Source: Tepidiforma sp.
GTDB lineage: Bacteria > Chloroflexota > Dehalococcoidia > Tepidiformales > Tepidiformaceae
DNA: 64,000 nt
Assembly (NCBI RefSeq): GCF_034433535.1
Contig: NZ_DAOUAO010000122.1
Coordinates: 5,009 to 69,008 of the forward strand
Direction of reading: 5' to 3'
A program made the position numbers and the translations under genes. Under the pieces are notes generated by a model. The model saw only the letters and a program-made list of their open reading frames with translations. It ran no database searches and had not been told where the DNA came from. Of this stretch, positions 63,887 to 64,000 are shown one piece after another (within the stretch, counting starts at the first letter, position 1; each line of letters starts with the position of its first letter).

Positions 63887-64000
63887 CAGGCATGCACCCC
63901 GGGAGCGGCGGCAGCGGCGAGGCGGCGCGCCTCGGCGTCGGCGGCGAGGACATCTTCGAGCGAGGGCGAGGGAAGCGGGTCGTGGCGTTCGAGCACGGCC
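63886..64000 (-). CDS. dxr: 3' end of a 1-deoxy-D-xylulose-5-phosphate reductoisomerase-like gene (partial)
   Basis: Hand translation of the minus strand gives ..AVLERHDPLPSPSLEDVLAADAEARRLAAAAAPGVHA*, resembling a Dxr C-terminus. The stop overlaps the rseP ATG (TGATG), and dxr-rseP synteny is common. Only 38 codons are visible. Confidence 0.5.
   Translation of the reverse strand, partial: AVLERHDPLPSPSLEDVLAADAEARRLAAAAAPGVHA

Overview
The window is a visibly GC-rich, very densely packed bacterial chromosome segment that is mostly housekeeping. I call about 60 protein genes, three tRNAs (Val-CAC, Leu-CAG, Arg-GCG) and one ncRNA that the ORF track cannot show: a large Bacillus-type SRP RNA on the minus strand at 56595..56861.

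Recognisable content:
- Three aminoacyl-tRNA synthetases: serS, lysS, leuS.
- typA, clpP, greA, an htrA-like protease, rsmD, coaD and ksgA.
- ispE, an rseP-like protease and a dxr 3' end.
- A long co-directional minus-strand array (39055 down to 22291) with pyrD, argC-argJ-argB, ppk1, argD, argG, a GH13 glucosidase, mgtC, leuS and a bactofilin.
- nadB-nadC, comEC, rph, aspartase plus a two-component system, and a biotin carboxylase/BCCP pair.
- A more accessory-looking left end (1..7.7 kb): MBL hydrolase, secreted beta-helix protein, Eis-like GNAT, VOC, nitroreductase, ACAD-fold flavoenzyme and a DSD1-like PLP enzyme.

Many ORF-track entries are long Arg/Pro/Gly-rich antisense or N-terminally over-extended frames typical of high-GC DNA. 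I trimmed starts by counting codons from the track and checking the start codon and Shine-Dalgarno on the sequence.

Genes are often joined by TGATG or ATGA stop/start overlaps. Several convergent pairs share overlapping stop codons. Where intergenic space exists it holds GC-rich perfect hairpins and recognisable TTGnnn-N17/18-TA(C/T)ACT promoters, several of which sit only 6-8 nt from the start codon, suggesting leaderless mRNAs.

I found no CRISPR array, transposase, integrase or defence-island signature, and I cannot point to a convincing self-contained novel multi-gene system. The most interesting unexplained items are:
- an NYN nuclease with a long Arg/Pro/Ala disordered N-terminus;
- three small Cys-motif proteins, one missed by the ORF track;
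- a CxC/CxxC protein translationally coupled to mgtC;
- a secreted protein with a sortase-like tripartite C-terminus that is not LPXTG;
- a degenerate GH18-like protein coupled to HtrA;
- a terminator-like hairpin in the greA leader.

The gene content and the large SRP RNA fit a high-GC thermophile-like lineage such as Chloroflexota/Thermomicrobia. That is inference only, because no search was run.
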